Counted from the first letter of the whole stretch, positions 8,583 to 18,412 are shown. The stretch: 41,742 nt of DNA, filler included, from an uncultured Candidatus Peribacteria bacterium (GCA_964514565.1; 2 parts of 2 records of this genome joined end to end with filler, not necessarily neighbours in it), one strand, 5' to 3'. The notes: generated by a model from the sequence alone, not told the origin. Numbers and translations are program-made.

Positions 8583-9533
8583 GTGCCAGTACTAATCGAA
8601 CAGATGTTTGCTTGGACTGTACCCAATGTCGTCAATGATTTTTTGATTATTTTCTTGGGATTGGTAGTAGAGGCAATCCCGTTTATTTTGCTTGGAGTAG
8701 TACTTTCTAGTCTACTTTCACTTTTTATTACCGAACGTCAGATCATTCGCTTTTTGCCCAAGAATCGTTTTTTGGCTCTTTTGTATGCTTGTTTTACAGG
8801 TTTTCTCTTACCTGTTTGTGAATGTGGCAATATTCCGTTGGCACGCAAATTTACGATCAAAGGTGTACCACCCTATTTAGCGATTACTTTTCTTTTGGCT
8901 GCACCAGTACTCAACCCAATTGTGCTCTTTTCTACTTGGGCCGCTTTTCGTGATGCTCCTGAGATCATTGTCTGGCGGATGGTATTTTCTTTTATTACAG
9001 CTTTTGCGGTTGGTTTAGTGTTTAGTACTGTCCGAGACAAAAAAGAAGTGATTACTGATCAAGTGATGACCCTATGTCAGCACAATCATGATCACCATGG
9101 TCATGCGCATCAAGATGGACACAAACACAGCAAGTGGAGTGAATTTCTCGATACCATGCGTACGGAATTTACAGAGATGATGACTTTGATGATTGTGGGG
9201 GGATTACTTGCAGCCGCCACTCAAACCCTGATACCTCGTGACTGGATTGTGTCACTGGGTACCGGGCCAGTGATTTCGATTGTGGTGATGTTGATCCTCG
9301 CTTTTGTGGTATCTATTTGTTCCAATGTCGATGCCTTCTTTGCCTTGGCCTATGCTCCTATGTTTACCACTGGTTCTATCGTAGCTTTCTTAGTATTTGG
9401 GCCTATGATCGACATCAAAACTTTATTGATGATGTCATCTACCTTCAAACCCAAGGCCATGGCAGTGATTACTATTCTGACGCTACAGCTGGTGTTTATT
9501 CTTACTTTGATACTCAATCTTTATGCGAGCTAA
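8583..9533 (+). CDS. predicted permease (YraQ/ArsP_1, YcgR-like) with His-rich loop
   Basis: 'EAIPFILLG', 'PVCECGNIP', 'FLLAAPVLNP', 'SICSNVDAF', 'GPMIDIK'; HNHDHHGHAHQDGHKH loop. Start may be ATG 8604. Confidence 0.9.
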   Translation: MPVLIEQMFAWTVPNVVNDFLIIFLGLVVEAIPFILLGVVLSSLLSLFITERQIIRFLPKNRFLALLYACFTGFLLPVCECGNIPLARKFTIKGVPPYLAITFLLAAPVLNPIVLFSTWAAFRDAPEIIVWRMVFSFITAFAVGLVFSTVRDKKEVITDQVMTLCQHNHDHHGHAHQDGHKHSKWSEFLDTMRTEFTEMMTLMIVGGLLAAATQTLIPRDWIVSLGTGPVISIVVMLILAFVVSICSNVDAFFALAYAPMFTTGSIVAFLVFGPMIDIKTLLMMSSTFKPKAMAVITILTLQLVFILTLILNLYAS

Positions 9534-10224
9534 ATTTTGGTTGATGATCGTGCTTTTTGCTTCATATACTTATTTGCTATTTACTTTGTGGTGGCAGAAA
9601 AAGCTTAGTTTGTTTTTGCATCCTGATTTTATCCCTCTAGCTGTGGCTGCTGCTGTTGTCCTGGGTATTCTGACCATTGCTCTTTTCTTTCAGCGTCATA
9701 GTCATGCTCAAGGTGTCGGGGTATGGAGGTGGTTAGTTTTACTTTTACCAGTAGTAGTAGTTAGTTTTATTCCATTACGACCGTTATCAAGTAGTACGGC
9801 TTTGACTCGAGGAGCCAATAGCGGCGTGTTGTCGATTGGGCGTAAGGTCAATGCAATGCAGTTTGCTTCCAATCCTGCCAAACGTAGTCTGTATCAGTGG
9901 GTGATTGCGCTCAATGCCAATCCGGAGCCATCGCACTATGATGGTCAGCCAGTCAATATCAAAGGATTTATTTTGCATGATCCCGCTATTCCTAGTGATC
10001 AGATTTTGCTTGCCCGCTTTATTGTTACATGTTGTGCTGCTGATGCCCGAGTACTGAGTTTGCCTATTCAAAAAACTGCAGCACTAGAGGGAGCCAAGGA
10101 TGATCAGTGGTTTGAGATCAAAGGTAAAATGAAGGTAGTAGAGCAAGCTGGACAACGTATCTTGGTAGTGCAACCTGAAAGTGCTAATCAAATAGCTCAA
10201 CCTGACGATCCTTATGAAATTTAA
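9523..10224 (+). CDS. TIGR03943 / YcgQ-like permease subunit
   Basis: N-terminal TMs with 'FLHP', and the 'ARFIVTCCAADA' and 'PDDPY' motifs; 11-nt overlap with the permease. Confidence 0.9.
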   Translation: MRAKFWLMIVLFASYTYLLFTLWWQKKLSLFLHPDFIPLAVAAAVVLGILTIALFFQRHSHAQGVGVWRWLVLLLPVVVVSFIPLRPLSSSTALTRGANSGVLSIGRKVNAMQFASNPAKRSLYQWVIALNANPEPSHYDGQPVNIKGFILHDPAIPSDQILLARFIVTCCAADARVLSLPIQKTAALEGAKDDQWFEIKGKMKVVEQAGQRILVVQPESANQIAQPDDPYEI

Positions 10225-11608
10225 TACTTTTTTCCGTTCGCATTTTGGTCAGGTCAGTAGCAAAGTGATTTTGCTGTTGGCTATTTTTATTGGGCTACTA
10301 TTATTACCGGGGGACCATGGTACACCAAAAGTGCAGTATATTGCTGGTAATCCTTTGTCTCCTCAAAAGGGCCAATTCCTTTTTCGTTTTAGTCGACTGA
10401 TGGATGAGAAGAGTGTCGAGAGCAGTGTCAGTATCGTACCTGCGTTACCTGGAAAGATGAGCTGGTCGGGGCGTACTTTTGCTTATACACCAGACAAGAC
10501 TATGGGATATCATCAAAAGTATACAGTTACCTTTGCGCGAGCTCATGACCGGGAGCAGAGGAGTATGCCAACTCAAAGCTTTACTGTAGCTACTTCACCA
10601 GTACACCTTGCTTACTTGGGGACAGATGGCAATAAGTTGGGTAAGATTTGGCAATATCAATTAGATACGGCTACATCTAAATCTTTAACGGATGACAGTT
10701 TATTCGTGCAATCTTTTGAAGTCTCTCCTGACGGTCACTATATTGCTTTTCTCGGTGCAAAGACTAGTGAAGATCTGCATGACCGTAAATTATTTCGATT
10801 GTATCTCTACGATTTAGAAACCGCACAAAAACAGGCTATTGCCATTGAAGATACTTGGATTTTGGATAATATTCGTTGGCTCCCTGATAGCCAGGGAATA
10901 GGTATTACTTATGTGGCTAGTGCTGGTAATACTGAGGGGATAGCTCTCTATGATATTGTTACTGGAAAGGTTAGTAAAATTGCTGACGGTAAAGCTCGTG
11001 CGTATCCTTATTATTTTTCGCCAGATAGTAGTCAGTTGGCTTATATAGATACCAATGGAGCTTTGATTCTGGGTAGTATCCCTGATGGCAATGGGGCACT
11101 CGTTGCTACTACTTTTACTGATATTTCTGGTTTTGATGATCAAGGTAAATATTTAGCTTATATCGCTCCTCGCAGTGTGAGCACATTTGATCTGACCAAT
11201 GTTCCTGTACTGGTAGGCAGTGATGGTGAAGAGCTCAAGATTCCAGTACCCGATAGCAGTAATTTTGATATGCAATTTATTCCCGGTACTACGCAGCTGA
11301 TTTGGACTATGGAAAAGGCGATCGGCAATGTGCGTGATGATCATTTGTATTTGTTTGATTATGTGACTAAGAAGCTGAGTTCATTGGCTAGTAGTGATGG
11401 AGCGACTGATCTAGTGCCTACCGCTAGTCCTGATGGCCAGATGATTGCTTGGCTGCGTTTTTATAATGAAAACAAAGGCTATGTGCTCAGTGGTTGGAAT
11501 GATTATCAGGCCAAGCTGATTGGCGGAGAGATTTGGGTTCATGATATGATTACCAATCAAGACCGTAATACTACTTTGGTCGGTGCTAATGTGCGGTTTA
11601 TTCCTTAA
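10214..11608 (+). CDS. membrane-anchored Ig-like (Big_5) + TolB-type beta-propeller protein
   Basis: TM anchor, 'FSRLMDEKSVE...ISWSG..YTP...YTVT'-type Ig domain, repeated SPDG/SPDS blades; 11-nt overlap with the previous gene. Confidence 0.75.
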   Translation: MKFNTFFRSHFGQVSSKVILLLAIFIGLLLLPGDHGTPKVQYIAGNPLSPQKGQFLFRFSRLMDEKSVESSVSIVPALPGKMSWSGRTFAYTPDKTMGYHQKYTVTFARAHDREQRSMPTQSFTVATSPVHLAYLGTDGNKLGKIWQYQLDTATSKSLTDDSLFVQSFEVSPDGHYIAFLGAKTSEDLHDRKLFRLYLYDLETAQKQAIAIEDTWILDNIRWLPDSQGIGITYVASAGNTEGIALYDIVTGKVSKIADGKARAYPYYFSPDSSQLAYIDTNGALILGSIPDGNGALVATTFTDISGFDDQGKYLAYIAPRSVSTFDLTNVPVLVGSDGEELKIPVPDSSNFDMQFIPGTTQLIWTMEKAIGNVRDDHLYLFDYVTKKLSSLASSDGATDLVPTASPDGQMIAWLRFYNENKGYVLSGWNDYQAKLIGGEIWVHDMITNQDRNTTLVGANVRFIP

Positions 11609-11620
11609 GCATGAAGGTAT

Positions 11621-12463
11621 ATGAAGCAAGTAGAAATTGAGGATCGTTATCGAGTTTCCCATTTGCCTGATAATGCTTTGGTTAGTTTGGTCGGAGGTAC
11701 TAGTCCTACTAAGGAAGTGATCTACGCTAATTTTAGTATTGACCAAGCTGTACCAGCCGTGACTGTGAAATTGCGTAGTCAAAACACTCCTTTGCGGTCC
11801 AGATTAATTGGAGCAACTGAATTGGATGTCCAAAAAGTAATGGCTGTTAAAACTATGAGCAGATTAAAGTTACTCAATACTTTAAGGGGTAATCGTCCGA
11901 CTGAATATACTCTCAAGGCGCCCGCTACTACCGGTAGAAAGGAATTAGAAACAATTAAAGCTATTGCTGATCATCTGAAGCTGGGTAAGGCTATTCGTTC
12001 TGAGGAGCAATTTACGGCAGCCTTAAGAAAAGAAGGTCTTGGTGTTTGTTTAGCCGTACTCACAGAGAGAAAAGAGTGGAACTTAGGAAGTTTGACTGAT
12101 CATGCTCAGTTGATTGTGACTCGAGATACTAGTCGTTGTCATCATCAACTGGCTGATGGTATGCCTGGGCGTGATATTATTGAAGTAGAGGCTTGTGTTA
12201 ATGTCGCTAATAAAACGTCAAAAAAACGGTTAGATACAATCACCAAAGAAGCAGAGTTGGCCTTGCATAATTGGATTCGATCGAAGTTGGGGGTGTTGCC
12301 TAAAACTGTCGTGGGAAGTGCTACTGTATGTATTGTGGCTCATACACCAAAACTCGGTCGAGTGATGGTACAAAAGAAAGCGATTAAACCTAGTGATCTT
12401 ACCAAAATGCTTCGTGATGGTGAGTTGACAGCTGCGGCATATGATTCTCTTCTAGCAGCATAG
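11621..12463 (+). CDS. CYTH-like (triphosphate tunnel) protein
   Basis: N-terminal EIEDRY (ExExK-like), 'TERKEW', 'IIEVEA'. Confidence 0.55.
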   Translation: MKQVEIEDRYRVSHLPDNALVSLVGGTSPTKEVIYANFSIDQAVPAVTVKLRSQNTPLRSRLIGATELDVQKVMAVKTMSRLKLLNTLRGNRPTEYTLKAPATTGRKELETIKAIADHLKLGKAIRSEEQFTAALRKEGLGVCLAVLTERKEWNLGSLTDHAQLIVTRDTSRCHHQLADGMPGRDIIEVEACVNVANKTSKKRLDTITKEAELALHNWIRSKLGVLPKTVVGSATVCIVAHTPKLGRVMVQKKAIKPSDLTKMLRDGELTAAAYDSLLAA

Positions 12464-12517
12464 GTTTTTATAATTACTTTGATTAAATATTCCTGAATAG
12501 GACTTTTTGCTTTGGCT

Positions 12518-12592
12518 GCAACTGTGTTGCTTTGTCGGTTTGATTTATTTGTTTGCAATCTGGTTGCGAGTATTGGTTTTTTCTGGCATATT
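12518..12592 (+). promoter_or_regulatory. promoter with two GCAAY-N3-GTTGC palindromes upstream of the Fur-family gene
   Basis: GCAACTGTGTTGC (12518-30) and GCAATCTGGTTGC (12555-67); TTGCGA-17nt-CATATT with an extended TG, 7 nt before the ATG. Confidence 0.55.
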
Positions 12593-12599
12593 ATAGCCA

Positions 12600-13004
12600 A
12601 TGCCTAATATTAGATTTATGGATGAAATTCAATGGACTCCAGTTCGTCGCAGAGTGATGAATTATATTGAACGCAAGAAACGTCTCCTCACCGCCAAGGA
12701 TATTTTGGCCTTCGACACGACTTTGGACAAAGTAACTGTGTATCGAACTCTCGATAGTTTTCTCAAAGCAGGTCTTGTTCGTGAACTTTTTTTAGCCAAT
12801 GGTGAGAAGGGATATGAGTTGAGCGACGAACAAGATCATCATCATCATTTTCGTTGTGAGGTATGCAAAGAAATTTACCATTTGCCATGTGAGTTCGAAC
12901 ACATGACAGCAGATTGGGAAACCAAGACAGGGTTTAAGTTCCGAAGTTTTGATTTTAGTGGGGTTTGTAAGAGGTGTTTGAGAATGGCAGGGAGATCAAC
13001 CTAG
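12600..13004 (+). CDS. Fur family regulator (probably Zur-like)
   Basis: TPVRR, 'TVYRTL', HHHHFRCEVC and GVCKRC metal sites. Confidence 0.9.
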   Translation: MPNIRFMDEIQWTPVRRRVMNYIERKKRLLTAKDILAFDTTLDKVTVYRTLDSFLKAGLVRELFLANGEKGYELSDEQDHHHHFRCEVCKEIYHLPCEFEHMTADWETKTGFKFRSFDFSGVCKRCLRMAGRST

Positions 13005-13006
13005 TG

Positions 13007-13196
13007 AATAACTAATGATTAAAAATGAATAGTTTAGCGACTGTCATATAATCGATTAGCTTCGCATTGTTCATTATGAAGCAGTCACTGGTCTCGTAAT
13101 CATATTTGGTGTGAGCAAAAACTGATAATGCAAAGGTACAAAGTTCATAGCGCACAAAGTAGCCGCTAAACTCTTCACTATCCGTTATTAGCTATT
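13007..13196. other. 190-nt element with long imperfect terminal inverted repeats (ncRNA or MITE candidate)
   Basis: 13026-42 tgaatagtttagcgact matches the reverse complement of 13161-77 at 15/17, and 13007-19 pairs with 13184-96. Confidence 0.5.
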
Positions 13197-13224
13197 AACT
13201 CCTCCCCCAAAAAGCTCATACATT

Positions 13225-13250
13225 TCTTACCTCTTCCATCTTTCCTTTTA
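13225..13250 (+). repeat. dispersed 26-nt heptamer repeat (CTTACCT CTTCCAT...)
   Basis: 25/26 identical to the reverse complement of 27830-27855. Confidence 0.8.
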
Positions 13251-13251
13251 T

Positions 13252-14019
13252 CTATCGAGCTCCTATCTGCCACAACGTATTAAAAAATCCCCTATAACTA
13301 TCCGCCACTTGTCGGTTGCTAATAGTAAAACAAACAATTGGATTGCCGAATAAGTTCAAACCAATATGTTCAGCCCAGATGTTGGTATTTACGAGCCCTG
13401 TAAATAAACCCGGCAAGAGGCGATAGTCAAAGAATGCTCGTTCTTTGTTCATCTGGGTTAGCTCGTGTTTCTGGCTAATACTACCAAGATAATGGATTTG
13501 GATTTCTTTACGCTTTCGAATGCGTTCATATTCTGCCAGTCTGGCTCCCATGATTCTGACAAAGTGGTCGCCATCACCGCCTATGATGCAAAGCAAGCTT
13601 CCTTTTTCTGCTTTCATCAGTGATTGGAACTCATAACGAACATACGATTCTTCCCCTTGGTAGATATCAAATTGTTGTGGAGGAGGCAGGAGAAGAAGAT
13701 TGTTGAGCTGCTGTACTACATTAGTGGCAATGTCTTTTTGTGTTTCTACAATTTGGCTCAGGATACTGGGATGCTTGGCTTGGAATTTTTTGCGGCCATT
13801 GAAAATGATATGTCCCACTAAACCTTTTTCTTCGAGATCATAAAGAGATTGATAGACATATTGACCATGTAATCCAGTCATTTGGATGATTTTAGAGCTG
13901 CCCACTTGGCCTAAGCTCAGCAAGGAAATATACACAGCAGATTGATGAGCACTTAAACCCAGTTTTTGTAATTGTGTTTGGATACTTTCTAGTTGGTCTT
14001 TATCAAAGAAGTTTGACAT
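13252..14019 (-). CDS. TrmB-family transcriptional regulator
   Basis: 'LQKLGLSAHQSAVYISLLSLG...VYQSLYDLEEKGLV' HTH; C-terminal 'VADSYRGFFNTLWQ'. Confidence 0.85.
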   Translation of the reverse strand: MSNFFDKDQLESIQTQLQKLGLSAHQSAVYISLLSLGQVGSSKIIQMTGLHGQYVYQSLYDLEEKGLVGHIIFNGRKKFQAKHPSILSQIVETQKDIATNVVQQLNNLLLLPPPQQFDIYQGEESYVRYEFQSLMKAEKGSLLCIIGGDGDHFVRIMGARLAEYERIRKRKEIQIHYLGSISQKHELTQMNKERAFFDYRLLPGLFTGLVNTNIWAEHIGLNLFGNPIVCFTISNRQVADSYRGFFNTLWQIGAR

Positions 14020-14069
14020 GGTCTTTTTATAGTGGCTTTCTTACTAGTTAATTCTATCATAAATATCGT

Positions 14070-14127
14070 CATCAAATAAGCTTGATGTTTTTTTATTTTT
14101 ACTCATAATTGAGCTTAATCATTGATT
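14070..14127 (+). promoter_or_regulatory. promoter of the Cys-rich gene overlapped by palindromes
   Basis: -35 TTGATG (14082-87) lies in CATCAA-N6-TTGATG; -10 CATAAT (14104-09) lies in CTCA-N4-TGAG; AATCA-T-TGATT at 14117-27. Confidence 0.45.
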
Positions 14128-14132
14128 GATTT

Positions 14133-15821
14133 ATGTCATCTATCTGTCGCGTTTCCGGCAAACCATTTACAGTTTCAGCTGCTCATCAAGCTTTTTTGAC
14201 CAAGGTAAGTCCAGTGATCCAAGGGAAGAGATACCTGATTCCTGCTCCCACCTTATACCCTGATGAAAGGAAACGTCGTCGTATGGTCTGGCGCAATGAA
14301 AGCAAGCTCTATCCAGATGTCTGTGATCGTACTGGTAAGGCTATTATCTCAGTATTTTCTCCTGACAAGCCATTTACAGTTTATAGTGAGCCGGTCTGGT
14401 GGAGTGATGATTGGGATCCTTTGAGTTATGGTAGACCTTATGATTTTTCTAGGTCATTTTTTGAACAGTATCGGGAGTTGATGCTAGCTGTCCCACAACC
14501 AGCTTTGGTGACCGACTATTTACCCAATATCAATTCTGAATATATCAATCTAGCTGGTGCTTCCAAGAATTGTTATCTGATTTTTGATACAGGGGATTGT
14601 GAGGGCTGTCTCTATGGTCATGGTATGTATCGTGATATTGAATGTGTCGACTGTGATTACACGCATGATTCATCGTACTGCTATGACTGTGTGTACTGTC
14701 AGAATTGTTATGAGCTCCGCACAGGAGTGATGTGTCGCAATACCAATAGTAGCGAATACGTTTTTAATCTTCGTTCATGTTCGCATTGTTTCTTGAGTCA
14801 CAACCTCGAACAAAAGGAATATTATATTCTCAATCAACCATTTACTCGGGAAACTTACTTTACTGAGGTGGAGAGACTCAAGGCCTCAATTCCTGATCTT
14901 AAGGCCTACTTTTTGGAGAAAGTTGTGGGTGATATTTCTACACCACGGAAGTATTATGTAGGAAATAGTATTGAAAATTCTACTGGCAACTACATGTACA
15001 ATGTCAAAAATTGTGAAGAGGTTTTCAATGCTTCCAAGTTGGAAGATTGTGCGTATGTGAGGATCTTCGAAGATGCCAAGGATTGTTATGATTGTGATAT
15101 GTGGGGCTGGAATACGGAGCTCAATTACGAATGTCAGGAGACGGGGAGTGGGGCCCACAATATCGCTTTTTGTTCTTTTTGTTGGGACAATGTCAGTGAA
15201 CTTTACTACTCCCAGTTTTGTCGTTGGTCTAGCAATCTATTTGGCTGTTTTGGTTTGCGTCGCAATCAATACTGCATCCTCAACAAGCAATATTCCAAAG
15301 AAGAATATGACGCTCTGCTTCCCCGTATCATTGAGCAGATGACTGCCAATAAAGAATGGGGAGAATTCTTTCCTATGAATATCAGTCACTTCGGCTACAA
15401 CGAAACAGCTGCTCAAGAATATTTTCCACTCACCAAGACCGAAGCGCTACAAATAGGTGCTAACTGGTGTGATTATGAATCTCCTATTCCCCAATCAAAT
15501 CAGTTTCTTCCTGCTGCTACCCTTCCACGCTCTATTGTTGAAGTTCAGGATAGCATCTTAGCTTCAGTAATTCTGGCAGAGGGGACTGATCGACCGTTTC
15601 GCATTACAAAACAAGAATTAGCTTTTTATCGAAAATATAATATCTCTTTACCTCGAAATACTCCCGATGAGAGACATAAGGAGCGCATGAAACTGCGCTT
15701 ACCTGAACATCTTTGGCTTAGAAACTGCCAAAGATGTCAGAAAGCTATTACTACTAGTTATGCTCCTTCAAGCCAAGAAACTGTGTACTGTGAGGAGTGT
15801 TATCTCGGTATTGGCGTTTAA
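14133..15821 (+). CDS. CPR-type Cys-rich protein with C-terminal CxxC-x17-CxxC zinc ribbon
   Basis: 'RRRMVWRNE..LY', 'WWSDDWDP..YG..YDFSR.FFEQ', repeated C-x-x-C/S beta-helix-like tracts, 'YCILNKQYSKEEY', CQRC-17aa-CEEC. Confidence 0.85.
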   Translation: MSSICRVSGKPFTVSAAHQAFLTKVSPVIQGKRYLIPAPTLYPDERKRRRMVWRNESKLYPDVCDRTGKAIISVFSPDKPFTVYSEPVWWSDDWDPLSYGRPYDFSRSFFEQYRELMLAVPQPALVTDYLPNINSEYINLAGASKNCYLIFDTGDCEGCLYGHGMYRDIECVDCDYTHDSSYCYDCVYCQNCYELRTGVMCRNTNSSEYVFNLRSCSHCFLSHNLEQKEYYILNQPFTRETYFTEVERLKASIPDLKAYFLEKVVGDISTPRKYYVGNSIENSTGNYMYNVKNCEEVFNASKLEDCAYVRIFEDAKDCYDCDMWGWNTELNYECQETGSGAHNIAFCSFCWDNVSELYYSQFCRWSSNLFGCFGLRRNQYCILNKQYSKEEYDALLPRIIEQMTANKEWGEFFPMNISHFGYNETAAQEYFPLTKTEALQIGANWCDYESPIPQSNQFLPAATLPRSIVEVQDSILASVILAEGTDRPFRITKQELAFYRKYNISLPRNTPDERHKERMKLRLPEHLWLRNCQRCQKAITTSYAPSSQETVYCEECYLGIGV

Positions 15822-15829
15822 AAACTTAT

Positions 15830-18412
15830 TTATTGCAAAGCGACATTCGGTTGAATCACTTTGATAAACTTAGCCAACATGTCAGCCATTTCTATCCGTT
15901 CCACTACTTTATTCTGATCGAAATTTTGCTGTGCTGGTAAAGTAAATAAACCTAATTGATGTGCTTTTTCAATATACTGGGCAAAGGTAGGATCTTTTAC
16001 ACCTGAGATAGTGAGTGGTAGGGGACTTACAGGCTCTCCGTTTGGGAAGTAAATACTAGCTGCTAATAATATTTTAATCATCTCGGCATTGGAGACTGAT
16101 CTGTTAGGGAAAAACTTACCATCCACTCCTTTGATGATTCCCTGAGCATAAGCTTCACCCACCACTAAAGACAATTCTGAATTATCCTTAGGCACATCAG
16201 AAAAAGTAGTATTGGGACGTGGCTTTGAGCTGCTTGAACCTAAGCAATTACTGGCTAGGGCTACTTTGAGGAGTTCAAATCTTGTAAGTGATTTGTGGGG
16301 GCCAAAGTTATTATCACCATATCCATGAATTAAGTGTGACTGATTATTGGCAATGATGATTGTGCTCAGGAAATTCACATTTGCATTGCTTGGGACATCA
16401 GCAAATTGTTGAGCAGCAGATCCGCCAAACACAAGACAGGGGAGTCGAGGATTCAAAACTACTGGGTGTGATTCGGTTTTTACTTCACCTAGATGGTCAC
16501 TGAGTGGAGGAGCATACAAAAGCACTCCGCGAGCTTCTACCAATATGCCTGACCCAATTGCTCCACCACCACTGCCATTTATTGGACTATGAGATGGTGG
16601 GAAATAAATACCGCGTGATCCTAGATCAACACCCGTATCAGCTATCACTGTAAAAATAGTGGGATTACTGACACCCGTAACTATTGCTCCAGGCGGAGGA
16701 TTGACAGTCAGTGTATATGTGTTTGCTGCAACGGTTGCTTCTAAATTGCCATGACTATCAGGTGAGCCTGTTTGAGTTATAGCTCCTAAAGCTAGTGTCA
16801 CTGTGGCTCCGGTTGCACTGTCTGGTTCGCCACTATCTTGGATTGCATTGCCATTAGTATCGGTGAAAATATGGATTAAAAATCCGCCACATTCACTTGA
16901 GCATTCTCCTCCACCACCGCCACCTCCAGACGAGGAATAAATTCCCGCATCAATGTTACTCAGCACATCACCTGGTCCAGCTACTATCTGTGCTGTGTAT
17001 CCGGAAGGATCAATTACATCACTATCAATACTGTCATCTGATCCAATGTCTGAATTAGTGAATTGAAATCCACTTGGCAAGGTAGTAAAACGAAGTGCTA
17101 CATTCAGATAAACCAGGTTGATGTTATATATCTCCCCATCAATAAATGGGTTATCAATATTACTGAAATTTAAATGGGCAGTCCCCAGTCCCATTTCCTG
17201 TGTATCAATCAAAAAAGAGTAGGAGGTGTCATTAGCGAGAGTACCACCTTCACTACATGAATTGTGATAAATTACTTGTTCATTTGCTGCTACAAGTTCT
17301 ATCTGCGTGCCGGCAAAATTACAACTATGTGCGGTCGTGAATGTCAGTTGATAATGCCCCCCTGCATTGAGTATTGGACAATCGATGCTAAATGTAGCGC
17401 CCTCGGTCCATGACATACTTTCTGCACATAATGTAGGACTATAGCTTATTTGATAGGCTCCTTCGGGATCAGATGTTGTGGTACCTAGAATGCTTGATGT
17501 GCCAAGATCGATTGCTTGAACCGTGACATTGTCCATACCCACTTCGTTACCAGGACTTGCTTCGTCTGTGCCATTGTGATTTAGATCATTGAATACTCTT
17601 CCTCCTACTAATACATTCGCTAAATACATACCGATATCTAGATTATTATAATCTGTACCGTACGTTACCGTGATTGGGATCATAGCATCAGCTCCTACAT
17701 CGCTATCTGTTGTGTCATCCTCTCCCACATTTTGATCAGTGAAAACATAAGAAGTAGGCAACCCAGTAAAGTGCAAGTAATAATTGCCAGCTGGGATTAT
17801 GCCCCCAGAAATACCATATGAGCCACTAGTAACTGACGCTGGACCTGCTACGAATACATGGCTGCTGTTTTCTAATACTACTTCACCGGCATGTATTGGT
17901 TGCTCTGATTCTTGAGCAATACCATCTTTGTTTGCATCGTAAAAGGTTCTTCCACTAAATACGTTTCTATGAAAAATGCCGGAATTACCTGTATCTCGAT
18001 GTTCATTTGGTCCTAAGCTGGAAATCGTACGACTATATGAGCCTTGGCTAAAAATGTACCCCGATAGTGACGGTGGTGTTATGATCATTGTATAGGAAGT
18101 ACCAGGTCCAATGTCTGAGTTTTCTGATGAAAATGTGAATATTCCACTGGCAGTAGTTGTGCTTCCCGCTGCAAGCGCACCATCATAAAGAGTCACTACT
18201 ATTCCGTTTGCACCTGACTCTGTGCCAGAATCGAAGCTGCTATTGCCATTGAGATCCTCGTATACAAAACCGGTTATTTGTTCATCACCAGCCGCCAAGG
18301 CTTTAGGGATAAATGTTTTTTGCGAGTAAAAAAGTGCTGTAAACAAGATTGCAGTTATGGCAAGATAGTGACTTATTTTGGTCTGCTTCATTTGTGAAAG
18401 AGCATTGGACAT
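15830..18412 (-). CDS. surface protein: SdrD B-like repeats + C-terminal SLH domains (paralog 1)
   Basis: Signal peptide; G.V..D.N.NG..D..E repeats and DSD motifs; Gly linker; 'IHGYGDNNFGPHKSLTRFE' and 'GIIKGVDGKFFPNRSVS.AE' SLH motifs. Confidence 0.85.
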   Translation of the reverse strand: MSNALSQMKQTKISHYLAITAILFTALFYSQKTFIPKALAAGDEQITGFVYEDLNGNSSFDSGTESGANGIVVTLYDGALAAGSTTTASGIFTFSSENSDIGPGTSYTMIITPPSLSGYIFSQGSYSRTISSLGPNEHRDTGNSGIFHRNVFSGRTFYDANKDGIAQESEQPIHAGEVVLENSSHVFVAGPASVTSGSYGISGGIIPAGNYYLHFTGLPTSYVFTDQNVGEDDTTDSDVGADAMIPITVTYGTDYNNLDIGMYLANVLVGGRVFNDLNHNGTDEASPGNEVGMDNVTVQAIDLGTSSILGTTTSDPEGAYQISYSPTLCAESMSWTEGATFSIDCPILNAGGHYQLTFTTAHSCNFAGTQIELVAANEQVIYHNSCSEGGTLANDTSYSFLIDTQEMGLGTAHLNFSNIDNPFIDGEIYNINLVYLNVALRFTTLPSGFQFTNSDIGSDDSIDSDVIDPSGYTAQIVAGPGDVLSNIDAGIYSSSGGGGGGGECSSECGGFLIHIFTDTNGNAIQDSGEPDSATGATVTLALGAITQTGSPDSHGNLEATVAANTYTLTVNPPPGAIVTGVSNPTIFTVIADTGVDLGSRGIYFPPSHSPINGSGGGAIGSGILVEARGVLLYAPPLSDHLGEVKTESHPVVLNPRLPCLVFGGSAAQQFADVPSNANVNFLSTIIIANNQSHLIHGYGDNNFGPHKSLTRFELLKVALASNCLGSSSSKPRPNTTFSDVPKDNSELSLVVGEAYAQGIIKGVDGKFFPNRSVSNAEMIKILLAASIYFPNGEPVSPLPLTISGVKDPTFAQYIEKAHQLGLFTLPAQQNFDQNKVVERIEMADMLAKFIKVIQPNVALQ

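Noticed and set aside
13007..13196. Integron attC site
   Set aside because: The ends do not fit RYYYAAC/GTTRRRY, it is too long, and the flanking genes are convergent.
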